This document shows, one piece after another, positions 11,801-24,200 of a stretch of 60,000 nt of DNA (within the stretch, counting starts at the first letter, position 1; every line of letters starts with the position of its first letter). The notes under the pieces were generated by a model. It ran no database searches, had not been told where the DNA came from, and was given only the letters and a program-made list of their open reading frames with translations. This DNA is from Vicugna vicugna (lineage: Eukaryota). Made by a program: the position numbers and the translations under genes. The stretch lies in the NCBI GenBank assembly GCA_013265495.1, contig MU058645.1:910995-970994 (forward strand), given 5' to 3'.

Positions 11801-13244
11801 GTTGTCCTTTCTCCCAGGAAAAAAAATTAAATCTTTCAAAAATCAGGGCTATTACCTAGAAAAATGGGCCACAAATTGGAGATGGCTCTCACGATGTATA
11901 TTCAATAATAGGACGTCTGTAAGGGGTCCTGGGGCAGAAGCCGCTGCCTTGTCTCCACCGCTCACTGGCTTTCCCCAGAGGAGCGTAAGGAAGATGCGTG
12001 TAATGAGTGGGGTCGTGCGAGTCTGCCCACCGCTGGTCCTCCTTTCTCTGAGATTTGGGGTTCAGAGGAGAAGAAAGCCTCTCCTGCTCTCCTTGGCTGT
12101 AGACTAGACCCGGTGGCCTGCAGACTGTGAGGTCACCAGCACAGGCCCTGTCCCTCTGCTGGGCCCATAAATCAGCCAGCAAGCTCCGTTTAGGGACAAG
12201 GAGTAGGCAGCTCATTTTGACCTCATGTATCAGCCACAGCGTAAGCCCCAGTCCATCCAGTTTTCCCCGTTAAAGAACAAATTCGACCCCTATCTGAATC
12301 CTATATGCCTTTCTCTATGACTTCAAAATTCAGAAGGGGTTAGAAAATTGACTCAAAATTCTCCTACACCATCATCCTGAAAGAAAGGTCAACAAAAGTG
12401 TGCTTCATGTGAAACGCCGGCCCACTTAGCTCAGAGGACAGACCAAAAGGACACGCCAACGCTTACTCAGTAAGCGAAATTCCTTAACTTCCTCTGGCTG
12501 GGGCTCAGAATCCAGGTCTCCACCCCAAAATAAACAGAGCTCGGGGCTTGACAGCAGTCCGGGTGTTTCACTGGGCTCTGAGGCCGCGGACTGGGCCTCT
12601 TCCTTTTTCTTCAGTTCTTCTCTGCGTGCAGGGGAGGCGGCTTCCCGCGGGCACCCCCGGGGGTGCACCTGTTGTCAGAGCTGACACCAGCCCTGGAAGT
12701 GGCCCTGACTGCTTAATCACAGCTTCGGGAACAAGCCGCAGAGCTGCAGCGCCTTTGAAGAGCCAGATGGCGGTAATATGTTTTCATGGTAGCGGACAAT
12801 CAAGCCGATCCAGACGCACGGAGCAGGGGAAAGAGCAGCTCCTTAGTGACTGCAGCCTGTCCGGCTCCGTCTGCTCCTCCGCCCGACTGCCGGGCTGGCC
12901 CTCGGGCTGACGTCTCTATCCAGGGCTGCTGGCCCTCCTCTCTGCAGACCAGCTCCTCAACCCTGAGCCAGACCTCACGAGTCCCTCCCTCCCTGAGGCC
13001 TGGCTCCAGCCACTGCCCCTCCCGTTCTTGCCCTGTTGACCTGGCCCTTTCTCCGGCCTATAGACTTGCCCCCATTGCTTCCAGCCGGAGACAAGGACAA
13101 GGAAACACCTCTACCTGCTGCCACAACCTTCTCTACCCTTCAGGCTGCCACTGCTCTCCTCCCTGGCCAGCTGCACCGGAGAGCTACCCACACCCCCTGA
13201 TTCCTACTCCCCATCTTTGCAACGCGGTCACTGTGGTGGCTCCT

Positions 13245-13529
13245 GACCCAGTATAACTGGTGTGTCCTTACAAGAAGAGACAGGCAGACACATGGGGAGA
13301 AGGCCATGTGGTGATGGGGGCAGAGATGGCAGTGATGTGTCTACAAGCCAGCGAACACCATAAGAAGCTAGAAGCAGGGAAGGATACCTCCCCGGGTCTT
13401 CCGAAGGTCCTGGCCTGCTGACACTTTGATTTTGGACTTCTATTCTCCCCAGCTGTGGGAGGACAGTTTCTGTTGTTTTAAGCCGCTCAGTCTGTGGTGC
13501 TTTGTAACAGCCGCCCTGGGAAGCTAACA
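13245..13529 (+). mobile_element. MLT1B/C-like MaLR LTR (3' part)
   Basis: gaaggccatgtg...ctacaagccagcgaacacc...gacactttgattttggacttct...tttctgttgttttaagccgctcagtctgtggtgctttgtaacagccgccctgggaagctaaca. Confidence 0.85.
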
Positions 13530-13559
13530 TAGGACCTCTTTCCAGTCCCCATCCTGTTC

Positions 13560-14140
13560 ACTGTTCTGAAATCTTTGGCACTTTTTACACCTCCATCCTT
13601 CCTGAGATTCTTTTCACCAGTGACTTCAGCAAGATGACTTTCTGGTTCTCCTCCCAACTCTCTGACCATCCTTTGCCTTTTTCAATGTTGGTTTCCCCCA
13701 GAGCTCTGTCCTGACCCCTTTCCTTCTCATTCTGTTCCTCTTTCCAAGGCGAGCTCCTTTCCCGTCCGTACATGATGCCTCCAATGGCTACACCTTTCCT
13801 CTCTCCTGGGCTCCAGACCCAGATGCCCAAACACTTGGCCAGGCATTTCCACCATATACACCTCATACGCTGCCCATCCAGAACTAAACTCATTATTTGC
13901 CACCTTAATTTTTTTCTGAAATAAAATGTCCCCTCTCCCCTCACAAAGCAGTAAACACATCTCATTGCCCACCCCAACCTGTCCCTTTTTTTGATGTTCC
14001 CTACTAGCTGAAGTCATCTAGAGCCACCACATCTTGCCCCTTCTACACTCCAACTCAGACCCTTCTCCTTTTTCCTCTTCTCTCCATCTGCCCCTGCCCA
14101 CTAGCATGACCTCATCCTCTCTTGAAGAGACTGTAGCCAT
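13560..14140 (+). mobile_element. L2 LINE fragment
   Basis: ctggttctcctcccaactctctgacc...gctccagacccagatgcccaaac...ccagaactaaactcatt matches the L2 ORF2 end / 3' region. Confidence 0.7.
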
Positions 14141-14154
14141 ACGTCCTAGTCCAC

Positions 14155-14633
14155 TTTCCATAACTGTGCAACAAACCATCCCAAACTTAGCGGCATAAAA
14201 CAACAACTATTTCATCTTGATTACAGATTCTGTGGGGATCTCAGCCAGGAAGATTCAGACTGGCGTGGCTCAAGGGCTGGGTGCCGCAACGATCTGATGG
14301 CTCGCTGAGTCTTCCGTCTGAGGGCTGCTCCTCGCGGTCAGTGGAACGTCCAAGCTGGTCGTTCCTGCGGTTTCTTGGGCTTCCTCACAGCACGGCGGCC
14401 GTATTCTGGAAGTGAGCATCCTAATGAACACTAGGAGGTCACTGTACCGCTTTCCGTTGCCTGATCCCCTATGTCACGTAGCATCGCCTTCACTACAATC
14501 ACCAGCCCACCCAAACGAAGGGGGTGGGGGGAGTGTAGACGCCACCTTTCATGGAAAAGTGGCAAAGTCTCGTTGGAAGAAGAGCTTGTAAGATGGGATG
14601 TGTTGTGTGGGTTGGAAAGTGCAGTCTGCCCCA
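14155..14633 (-). mobile_element. MLT1F-like MaLR LTR
   Basis: aacaaaccatcccaaacttagcggcataaaacaac...tgggcttcctcacagcacggcggcc...ggaaagtgcagtctgcccca is the reverse complement of an MLT1 LTR. Confidence 0.75.
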
Positions 14634-14879
14634 ACCTCCTAACAGGCCTCAACCCCGCAGCCAGACTGGACTTTGTCATTCACCAAGATTACGTGTCTCC
14701 CTTGCCTAGAAACTTTTGTTGAATCCTACTTCCTTAAAAATAGAGCCTAAAGTTTTCTATCACCTGTGGGCTGGTTCCTTTGCTATTGGCTCTCAGCTCC
14801 AAACGCTCTTTAAACCCTCCCGGGATGCTGGGCTCTGACTCTGTATCTCATTTGTCTCTGACTCCCTTGACAGCTGCCT

Positions 14880-15298
14880 CCTGTTAGGGCCTCCTAAGTG
14901 TCTAGAAGACACTAGAAAGAAACTGATCCAAGTAGGCGGGGAGAGAAGGAACTTCTTGCCTCTTATTTGCTTCCTGCCACCTTCACCCCAGTACTCTGGC
15001 CCAGTGGTGACAGTACATTCCAGTTTCCAACTTCTTTTTTTGCTCCCACAAACGGCCCAGTTACACCCCCTAGAGGTCCTGGAAGCAGCTGGGTCTTGAC
15101 CCTTCCTCATTAGCCTGAGTCCCACCTCTTCCTCCAAGTTTCCAGGCCTAGGGTGGCACCTGCCTCCTACAGTTGCACATCAGGATTCCTCAGGGTACCG
15201 TTCACATCAGCACCTGTGAGCCCAGTCCCCTATGTTAAACTCCCTCTTCTAAAGTACCTGATGTGGCTTCTCTTTTCCTGACTAGACTCTGACTGACG
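14880..15298 (+). mobile_element. ERVL-class LTR (LTR33-like)
   Basis: Ends with taaactccctctt...gtggcttctcttttcctgactagactctgactga, the typical 3' end of old ERVL LTRs. Confidence 0.55.
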
Positions 15299-17511
15299 GG
15301 GCATTAAGACATTTCACTAAGGGTCACAATCTGCCCTTTGAAAACTACCTTCCAAGATTCTCTCCACAAAGCCCTCTGCAATCCAGCCACACTACTGTCT
15401 CAGGTTTTCCCCCAAACCCTACCTGTTTCTCAACCTTCTATGACTATGTTCAAACTACACTGTGAACTTCCTAAGTGAAGGGGCTGCGTCTTGTTCACTT
15501 TAATCTCTCTCCTTCACACCCCTGCCCTTTCCTTACCAGGGTCTTGTGCAATCTCTGACACGTAACAAGGGCTCGTTGACTAAGCACATAGAGTTATTAA
15601 TTCATTCATTATGCTGAATACGATGAAGAAGTGATTTAGTGAATGGATTTCTGGCATTGGGCACAGACATGTGCGGTAGACACTGAGGGAGGGTTTCACC
15701 TATGCCACACACACCACATTGCCAGGCTGCCTCCCGTTCATCTGAAAGATTAAGGGAGCATGAATATGACCTTAAGGTGTTTTATATATTAACTAGGGAA
15801 GCCCAGCATAAATCTGAGCCACAAGTACGTTAAAATGCTAATCGTAGTTTTGACATCTGATCTTGTAAGACACGTGCCCAACCATAGCGCTACTTCAAGT
15901 ACACAAGGGGAAATTGCCACGACCAGTGTAATGGGTGGTTTAATCACAGTGTTATGATAGCACTGAGGATTCATTGTGTCCCTTTTGCTAAGAAAGTCAG
16001 GTGCTCCACTAGATTTAATATCAGAACCTGTAAGAGTCTCTGGTCAATGGTCCTCAGAAATGATGTCTCCAACAGCAAATGGAGTAAGTGTCTCAGCTCC
16101 ACCAGACACCAGAATGTTGCACCAGGAACACTGTCTGCATCATCTTTTTGGGGAGAACTGGAGAAGGGAAGGCAGCCTCTGAACACAGATTATAAATGAG
16201 TCGTTTTGCAAAACCACCTTTGCCTTTCCTTTGGGTCTCTAGCAAAAACAAGTAAGAAAATAATCCCCGATCGGTCTCAACACCCCAGAAGTTAATGGGA
16301 TTTTCATTTCTCCTCCAAACAGGTGGAGAGACTTCCGGCCCATCAGCTTGTTCCACTTTAGTCTCAATAAGTTGCAAAGGACAAAAATCCCCCCTACACC
16401 AGTGGAGCAGATAAGGAGGTGCTCCCGTGAGGAGTGACGAGAGGCCCCTCATGGGGCCCCCGGAACCAATGTCATAACTGCATGGCTGCACCCCGGCTAG
16501 AGGAGGGAGGGGGTCAAGATCTAGCAGACCCAGAACCCCTGCCACACGAATGTGGGGGTCTGCCCTCGAGCCCTCCACACTGACAGTCACAGAAACACCT
16601 GCACCTCTTTTTCCTCTTACTACTAACCAACAGCACTGCCCTTGCTTCAGGTTCAAGTTCTTAAGGGAGAAGGAATTTAATCAGACTGGCCCATCACTCA
16701 CATGGTCTGTGGCCATCCTGTGACGTGGACCCACTGCCCCAAAGCAGTGCGGGTTGTTTGTGTGTGTGTCGGGGGTGGGGTGTGGTTAACTAAGTGGAAG
16801 CAGCTGTAGGAATGGACCTAAAATGCATCCCGGGTATTTGGGGAACACTTTTCTTTCAACTGGAATACACATTTTATAGTTTAAGATCAACGTACTAGCA
16901 AGTTTCTTCCCAAATTCAAATGTCCACAGATCAGTTTATCTCATAAATATACAAGGCATGCCTTGCACTGGAACACAAGTCACCTAGAAGCTTATTTTCA
17001 TGTATTTGGAAGATCATCTAGTTACTTCAATGGAAGGCCATTGCACTGCGGGCCTATTATTGCCTGATAATACTCCGTACTGTGCCGAACTGGCTGTCAC
17101 ACAGAGATGGTGCGTGTTGCCAGGGGACTCAGACCCTCCTGGAGGAAGGGGGAAGATTCCCTTTTGCAATTCTGGGCCTTGTTAAGCCCTGCGATGGCCT
17201 GAGAGGCTCCCAACCAAGTCTCCACTGGAAGCCAGTGACACCAAAGAAAAGAATGAGACCCACAAAGGGCAGAAGAAGACGGGCCTGATATCCTGGCTCA
17301 AAGCAAGGATCTAAGGTTGCAGGGTCTGGGACTAAATCTGGAAGCCCCCGGAGGCCCAGCCGCCCTGGGATGGCGGTTTGGGAAGAGCGGCTGCAAGTGT
17401 GTGTGCAAACGGGAATGTCATGACAGCCAAGAGGGAGGCCCCCAGACAGCCCACAGTCTTGGAAATTTTCATGGAGGGGCGGGAAAGAAAGACCTCTAAA
17501 GGAATATGGTG

Positions 17512-17594
17512 AGGGTGGGGGTAGCTCAGTGGTAGAGCGCACACACGAGGTCCTGGGTTCAATCCCAAGTACCCTGTTTAAAAACAATTTTTTT
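17512..17594 (+). mobile_element. Camelid-type tRNA-derived SINE, short copy with internal deletion
   Basis: Pol III A box (tagctcagtgg) and B box (ggttcaatcc); A/T tail; imperfect flanking repeat aaggaatatggtg (17499-17511) / aagggagatggtg (17595-17607). Confidence 0.85.
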
Positions 17595-18616
17595 AAGGGA
17601 GATGGTGGAATTCTTGCTTCCTAGACAGTTAGGACCTTCAGCAACTAACTGAAAAGTGAGAGAAATATGACCATATTTTCCCTCCCAGTGGGTAAAGCAC
17701 GTCACATGGACCACAAGTACATAAGTCAGTCCTAGTACTCCTGAAACAAACTCAGTTCAGACTTTTCAGAGACGGGATAAGTCAACACAATACTTCATAG
17801 AATGCTGATGAAAGAATTTTACCTTTTTACCCAGTACAGCGAGTGCAGACTCACAGGATATGACCCAAACTCATCTTTATTTTGGTCTTCCACTGCCTCT
17901 TTACGATGCATTCAATGGGAACAACTTTACCTGATCCTGGTTGGAAACCAGCCCCTCACTGTTAGGGACTGAACAATCTAACAATGACTTTAAGTCACAG
18001 ACACAATTTCGTATCATAAATTTGAATGTCTGTCCCCACGTCCTTATCAAGCCAGATCAGCATCTGCCTGCTTTCCCTCTCCTCGCCACCCCCAGCCTCC
18101 AAGCCCAGTGATTACCTGTTCAGACCTGGGGGACTTGGGGGTGGGATGGGAAATTTTTACCAAGATTGGGTGATTTTATGATTTCATGAGGGTCTTACCA
18201 GAGTTCACTCCTGGGGACTGTTCCCCTGAAGACTCTTAACCAAAAGGCTGACAAGGATAAAGGAAGTGGCTGCAGAAGCACCCCGCTCCCCGGTGAGAGG
18301 ACTGGGATTCATGACACAGAAACATCTTCTAAATGCACCTCTTGACAGACTCACAAATTCTCCCTCTATTTCCTTTTAGAGCTTCTATGTGTTAGAGACA
18401 TTCAAGATGGATGGAATCCACTTGGAAAAACTTCCCGTCAACTCTGTGTATAACATGTGCCCCACTTTGGCATCTCATGTCTATCCTGGTGGTGCTTCAG
18501 TCTAAACCTCAATTTTAAAAACCTAGTTATACAGATTAACAATTTTTGGCACAATTTGAAGTTATTATTTTAGCACCACATATATTTCCATGAGTCAAGT
18601 CAAGTTCTTCCCTTCA

Positions 18617-19965
18617 TCCAGCTTTACTGAGATAAAACTGATGAGTAAAACTTATATATATTTCAGGTGTACAATGTGACGTCCTGATATATAACCAAAA
18701 TCAAGCTAATTAACACATCCATCACCTCACATAGTTACTTTGTGTGCGCATGGTGTGAACATTTAGGATCTACTATCACAGCAAATCTCAAGTATACACA
18801 TTATTAACTACAGACACCACACCGTATATTATATCTCTAGAACTTACTCATCCTACATAACCATGTCGCACCATTTGACAATGTACGCCCCATTTTGTGT
18901 CTGGCTATTTCACTTAGTGTAATGTCCTTCAGTCTCATCCATGTTGTCACAAATGGCAGTGTTTCCTTTTTATGACTGAGTAATATTCTATCATCTACAC
19001 ACACGCACATGCATGCACACACACATACATATTCTTTATCCATTCATTCATCACTAGTCACTTAAGTTGCTTTCATGTCGGGCTATGATGAATGGTGCCC
19101 TAATGAACATGAGAGTGTAGATCTCTCTTCAAGATACTGATTTCATTTTCCTCAGCTATATACCCAGAAGTGGAATTGCCAGATCACATGGTAGTTCTAT
19201 TTTTAATTTTTTGAAGAATGTTTATACTAGTTTTCATAACGGCTGCACCATTTTACAATCTTACCAGCGGTGCACAAGGCTTCCTTCTTCTCCACATCCT
19301 CCAACACTCATCTCTTGTCTTTTTGATGATAGCCATCCTAACACATGTGAAGCAACATCTCATTGTAGTTTTCATTTACATTTCCCTGATGATTAGTGAT
19401 ATCGAGCATCTTTTCATATACTTGGCCGTGGGTATGTCTTCTTTTGAGAAACGTCTGTTTGGTCCTTTCCCCATTGTTTTAGTCGGGCAGGCTTTTTGCT
19501 AATGGGTTGTTTAAGTTCCTCGTATATTCTGGATATTAACTCTTTATCAGATGGGTAGTTTTTTCTCTCATTCCATAGACTGTCTCTTCACTCTGCTGAC
19601 TGTTCCCTCTGCTGTGCAGCAGCTTTGCAGTTGGATGCAATCCCACTTGTCTGTTTTCACTTTTGTTGCCTGTGCTTTGGGGTCATCCAGAAATAAATCC
19701 ACACATTTACAGTCAACCAATCTTTGGCAACAATGCCAAGGACATACTAGGAGGAAAGGATGGTCTTTCAATAACTGATCCTTTATTGAATGTTTACAAC
19801 GGTGAATATTCACACGCAGGAGAATGAAACTGGACCCTTATCTCACACCATTCACAAAAATCAATTCAAAATGGATTAAAGGCTTAAATGGAAGACCTGA
19901 AACTATAAAACTACTAGAAGAAAATGCAGGGAAAAGCATCTTGACAATTATGGGCAATATTTTGG
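18617..19965 (-). mobile_element. Old L1 (L1MA-like) 3' portion with an inverted 5' segment
   Basis: The minus strand at 18617-19688 carries the 3' UTR plus ORF2 C-terminal remnants (ETLPFVTTWMRLKDITLSEI; PKAQATKVKTDKWDCIQLQSCCTAE). The plus strand at 19687-19965 carries the immediately upstream ORF2 part ([19 protein letters not shown]). Confidence 0.9.
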
Positions 19966-20339
19966 GGAGACATCTAACTTTTAATGTATTTTCTATTTAA
20001 CTTATGATATGTAATGTATGTACTTGACATGATTAAGCCAAAAAGTAATCCCCCAAGCAGAAATTGGTTGACCAACATGCACTGAATGATTCTTCCATGT
20101 CACTCTTGGCAGTGACCCTGCCAGTGCTACAAAGCACCCATGACCTAAGAAACACAAGGACATTTAAAGACCAGTGAGACCCAATAGTTGACCACAGCTT
20201 CATCCCTGAAACTTCAACATGTACGATTGTAGTAAATATCATAACCTGTTCAATTCATTTGGGAGTGGGCAAATAAAACAACGCAATAGTGGGGATTTTT
20301 AGTCCTAGTTCTTTTTCATTAAGAAATAGATATCACAGT

Positions 20340-20729
20340 TCACCATTAGAAGGGTAGATTTATTTTGAAGGGACAGTTTATAAGAATGTCTACAACAGTA
20401 TAAAAGGTTATTTGAGAGCACATGGATAAATTTTGAATGTAATGCCAAATACCAACACTTAAACTTTTCACTGTAAGTATCAAAATTAAAAAAAACTTTC
20501 CTGAATTTACTGCACTGTATTATAGTCAAATCTAGAAAAACATACAACAGTAGCAAGTATTTTTATAATCCAAAGTAAACATAAGTGGATGCAGAATTGA
20601 GACAATTTTAGTGTGTCTGGCGATTTGACAGGCATGCAATTTACTTTAATCCAGTTGGCCTGTTTGTATCTTATTCAGGAGACAGACATGCTACAACTAT
20701 ATCTGTATATTTTTCTTTACATTTTTAAG
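20340..20729 (-). other. Candidate terminal exon of an unidentified minus-strand transcript
   Basis: Strong acceptor ctttctctgcattttctttgtacag (AG at 20731-20730), about 370 nt of AT-rich UTR-like non-repeat sequence with TGTA motifs, then AATAAA at 20364-20359. Confidence 0.3.
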
Positions 20730-21036
20730 CTGTACAAAGAAAATGCAGAGAAAGTTCACAAGGCAGGAGTCTTAAAAGCACACATCTCCAGTTGGCATAA
20801 TATTTCCATGACACCAGATATCAGCTCACCTCTTGCTAATGTTCTCTCTCAGGAGATGACAAAGACAAGTCATGATATTTAATAACACTTATAAGCTGCT
20901 CATAAAAGGGATTCAGGGATGAAAATGTTCAAAGCCTCCTTAGGAAACATGTGATAAGCATGAACCTTTTGCTGCTGTGGTTATCAAAGGTAATCTTGGC
21001 CCAATATTTTACTGAAAGTTACCAAAATAATGCAGA

Positions 21037-21253
21037 CCAGGATTTCTCCACCTGGTATTGGCACTACTGTCATTCTGGACCAGATAATTTTTTAACATGA
21101 GGGGCTGTCTTGTGCATTATACAATGTCCAGCAGCATCCCTGTCCTACCTACCAGATGCCATTAACACCCCCTCCCACTTGTCACAATCAAAACATCCCC
21201 AGACACTGCCAAATGTCCCCTGGAAGCAAAACAGCCCGGGTTGAAAACCACTA
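21037..21253. mobile_element. MER20 hAT-Charlie MITE
   Basis: ggcactactgtcattctggaccagataatt...ggggctgtcttgtgcatt...cagcagcatccctg...ccagacactgccaaatgtcccctgg...ggttgaaaaccact. Confidence 0.88.
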
Positions 21254-21409
21254 GTGTATACTTCCCTTGGGCACAGAAGTTAAACACTTTGTAGTTCAGT
21301 TTGATTCAGTTCAACCAACAAGTTTCGTGTCTGCACACACCATATGCCGTGGTAGGCACGGGGCAGTCTCGGGAGAGACTGTTAAGCACAGAGGGGTTTA
21401 GACCATGTG

Positions 21410-21642
21410 CATTGGAGTCCGACTGCCTGGTTTAAATTCAGACTGCCCCATTCACTAGCGGCCTACCACCTTGAACAATCTGCTTCATCGTTTTAAGTCT
21501 TGGTTTATTCATCTGGGAAATGGGAGTAATAATAGCACCGCCTCATCCAGTGGTTGTGAAAAATCAGATGAGAGAATAAAGGTAAAGCACTTAACACAGT
21601 AAACACAGTGCCAGCACACAGTAAATGTCCAGTAAATGCTGG
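21410..21642 (+). mobile_element. MIR SINE, nearly full length
   Basis: ggagtccgactgcctggtttaaattc...tcatctgggaaatgggagtaataatagcacc...aaagcacttaacacagt...gcacacagtaaatg. Confidence 0.8.
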
Positions 21643-22530
21643 GAGAAGGATGGGAAGAAGCACACAAGAAATCAACAATGGTTGCATCATCTTTCCCCAA
21701 CGTCATCTAGAAAAAGCAAAAAGGAAGTCGTTTGCTAGCCTCGCCCCAGCTACTGAGAAAACAGATTCATTTCAGATACAAGTGCATGCATGGATATGCA
21801 AACACCCATGCGTGTGACTGTGTGGTTGTTTAAAGACTCAGTCCATAACATCTATGTTTTGTTAAAATGTCAAGCACATTTGCAGATCTTGGCCCAACCA
21901 GCTTACGTAACCACCATACGCACCCCCCAAGGGAGGCCGTGATTCCACTGCACACGTGGAATTCCACTGATCCCTGACCCCCTCCCAGGTCCCTCCTCCG
22001 CCCCCAAATTCTGAGGTCACTTGGTTCAACCAACCATTCAACATTGTAACTGTGTGTTGGTGAGTCTGTTTCCCCCACTAAACTCTGGGCACTTCATGGC
22101 GCACTTAATAGGTAGAATAAATAAATTATTTGATTGACATTTCATGGAATTGAATATAGCTTTTCATTTTAAAGGACGGATTATCACTACACCAGCTTCA
22201 AATATTATTTTACTTCCAGTGAAATCCTTCAAGCCTTCTGAGCAATTTCACGTCGTCCCAGCACATCACCTAAATATGAAAACAGCCAATGCCCGAAAGA
22301 ACAGAGCAATCACCCCTGGGGGACCAGGTGTGTGACTCTCATGTAGCTTGGCCTCTAGCTCTCACGATAGATGAGGATAATATTTATTAAACACTTGCTA
22401 CGAGTCTGGCTACTGGGGACGACCAACACCTGCAAGACACAATGAGGAAATGAGACCCTGAGAGGCTGAGGGGCCCCCAGCGACACAGAGCAGTGAACGG
22501 CCCCCCTGCCCGAGCGCCTCCACCACTTAC

Positions 22531-22945
22531 TGAGTAAACACTCCTTTCTCACTGCTCCCCTTTACGCAAGGCTGTAGACATCCTTGAGAAGCCATCTCTG
22601 GATACATCTAAGGTCTTCCTGTTGGAAATTCCATTGTCTGCATGGGCACCAGGTTAACCTTGTTCATGAGTTAGAAGAGCTCCGCAATTTCAGTTTGCTC
22701 CATTTCAGTCGCATTCAGAGACGCTGCGTTTCCCAGGGGCCTTTCATCTTGAGCTTTCTCGGTGCTCAGTGGAGTGCTGTGAAGTTTCTTTCCTAACAGC
22801 CGTGTCGGGGGCCCTCATGTCCTCCCTGGAACAATGGGATAAAAAAGGTGCACGATCTGTTTCCTCCTCACTGCCCCTGCCAAGAACGCGTTTCCCAGGC
22901 CCTGCACTGCGTTCCCGTCCAGAAACCACAACAGACTCTTTAAGG
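22531..22945 (-). other. Candidate internal exon (non-coding or short ORF)
   Basis: Donor TCA|GTAAGT (22530-22525). Acceptor ttttattttgcattctcacatccag (AG at 22947-22946) with a TAAC branch-like motif about 30 nt upstream; alternative acceptor at 22827-22826. Confidence 0.25.
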
Positions 22946-23677
22946 CTGGATGTGAGAATGCAAAATAAAACCTGTTACCACAGGAAGAAAACCAGGTCTT
23001 TGATTCATTCACTGGGGCTGGCCTGCCCTCACCCAGGGGGCCATGAGCATTCGGACTGGTCTCTTAAGCCCCTGCAGGTTTCCCACCTACAACCCGGGGA
23101 AATCTTCCAACTCCAAGAAAGAGAACACACGGGGTTCGCGCCAACTTTCTTCAGCTCCACCTGCGCCACCAGTTCCAAAAAGGAAAAGAAGTAACCTTCT
23201 TTCTCAAAGTGTCCATGCCCTTAAGAACACACAGGTGGGCAATCTCTTAAAAAAAAAACTAGTGGCCCTCAAAACGAACAGAAGCATTTTGGTATAAAAC
23301 GGCTTGAATAGGAAATGTTGAGAGTGAGCCTCAGTGTAGAGACAGCATTTACGTAAATGCTTTCCTCTGAGATCACCTGTGCTTTTAAAACATTACGGGA
23401 ATGTTAATAAGGAAAATCCTTTCTTTCTCCAATGATTAAAAAAAGTCTCAGGTTATCTCTAGGAAATACGGAAATAAATTAGGCCTTGGAAATGACAAGA
23501 ATTGAACTTCAAATCAAATGGTCCCATCTTCGGCTGTTAAATTTACACACATGCACACTCAACCCTACCTGAATATAACCATGTGCCGGGTAAACAGAAG
23601 AACAGATGGTGCTTGATTTCTTGTATTTGTAAGGAAACCACTGAATTAAACTGAAAATCGAGTCTCACCAACACTAC

Positions 23678-24200
23678 CTTCTCAAAGCCTCACCCTCAAA
23701 CCATCACCCTCACTCTCTAGCTGGTTTGTTTGAAAGAGCTCCCACCCGAGCACTTCCGTCACAGACCCGGAGCTCCGGGAGGAGGTCCAGTGGTCCCCAC
23801 ACTCAGCGCACGGGCCGCAGGCATCGTCAGACACTGCCTGCAGCTGCATCCGCAGCCACACTGCCAGGTCCACGTCTGTCCTCTGCGTTGGAGGCTGAAC
23901 TCGCCCGTGTTCACAGCGGGGTCCCTGCAGAGCGGCCACACCTACAGACGCGGGCCCGCACATCCCTCCGTCTCCGGACCCAGCGCCGAGCAGCTCTGCC
24001 CTGGAACGCCATCAAAGCCGAGCCACTGCCAGCACTGCCTCTCTGGCCTGGCTGGGCCCCTGCTCTCTGAACGCCCTCACGCTGCCACCTGCCATTTCCG
24101 GGAACAGAATTACCAAACTGGGCTGCGCGTAAATACGCTCTGAATTTTATTCCAGTCATTTCCTGGAAGTCATTTTTTGCTTGTTTGTTTAGCCAAAGGG
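23678..24200 (-). promoter_or_regulatory. CpG-rich candidate promoter/first exon with two STAT (GAS) sites
   Basis: TTCCGGGAA at 24096-24104 and TTCCTGGAA at 24160-24168; forkhead-like GTAAATA and TGTTTGTTT nearby; CpG-rich 23740-24140; minus-strand donor candidates AAG|GTAGTG (23677) and TTG|GTGAGA (23668). Confidence 0.4.

Noticed and set aside
15993..16083. Plus-strand exon-like segment ending GGA|GTAAGT
   Set aside because: Weak AAG acceptor, 91 nt, unrecognised peptides, no other support.
17512..17594. tRNA gene (A and B boxes; also at 39023)
   Set aside because: No complete cloverleaf or acceptor stem; A-rich tails and TSD-like flanks identify SINEs.
18837..19813. ORFs with protein-like text
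   Set aside because: Disrupted L1 ORF2 remnants, not host genes.
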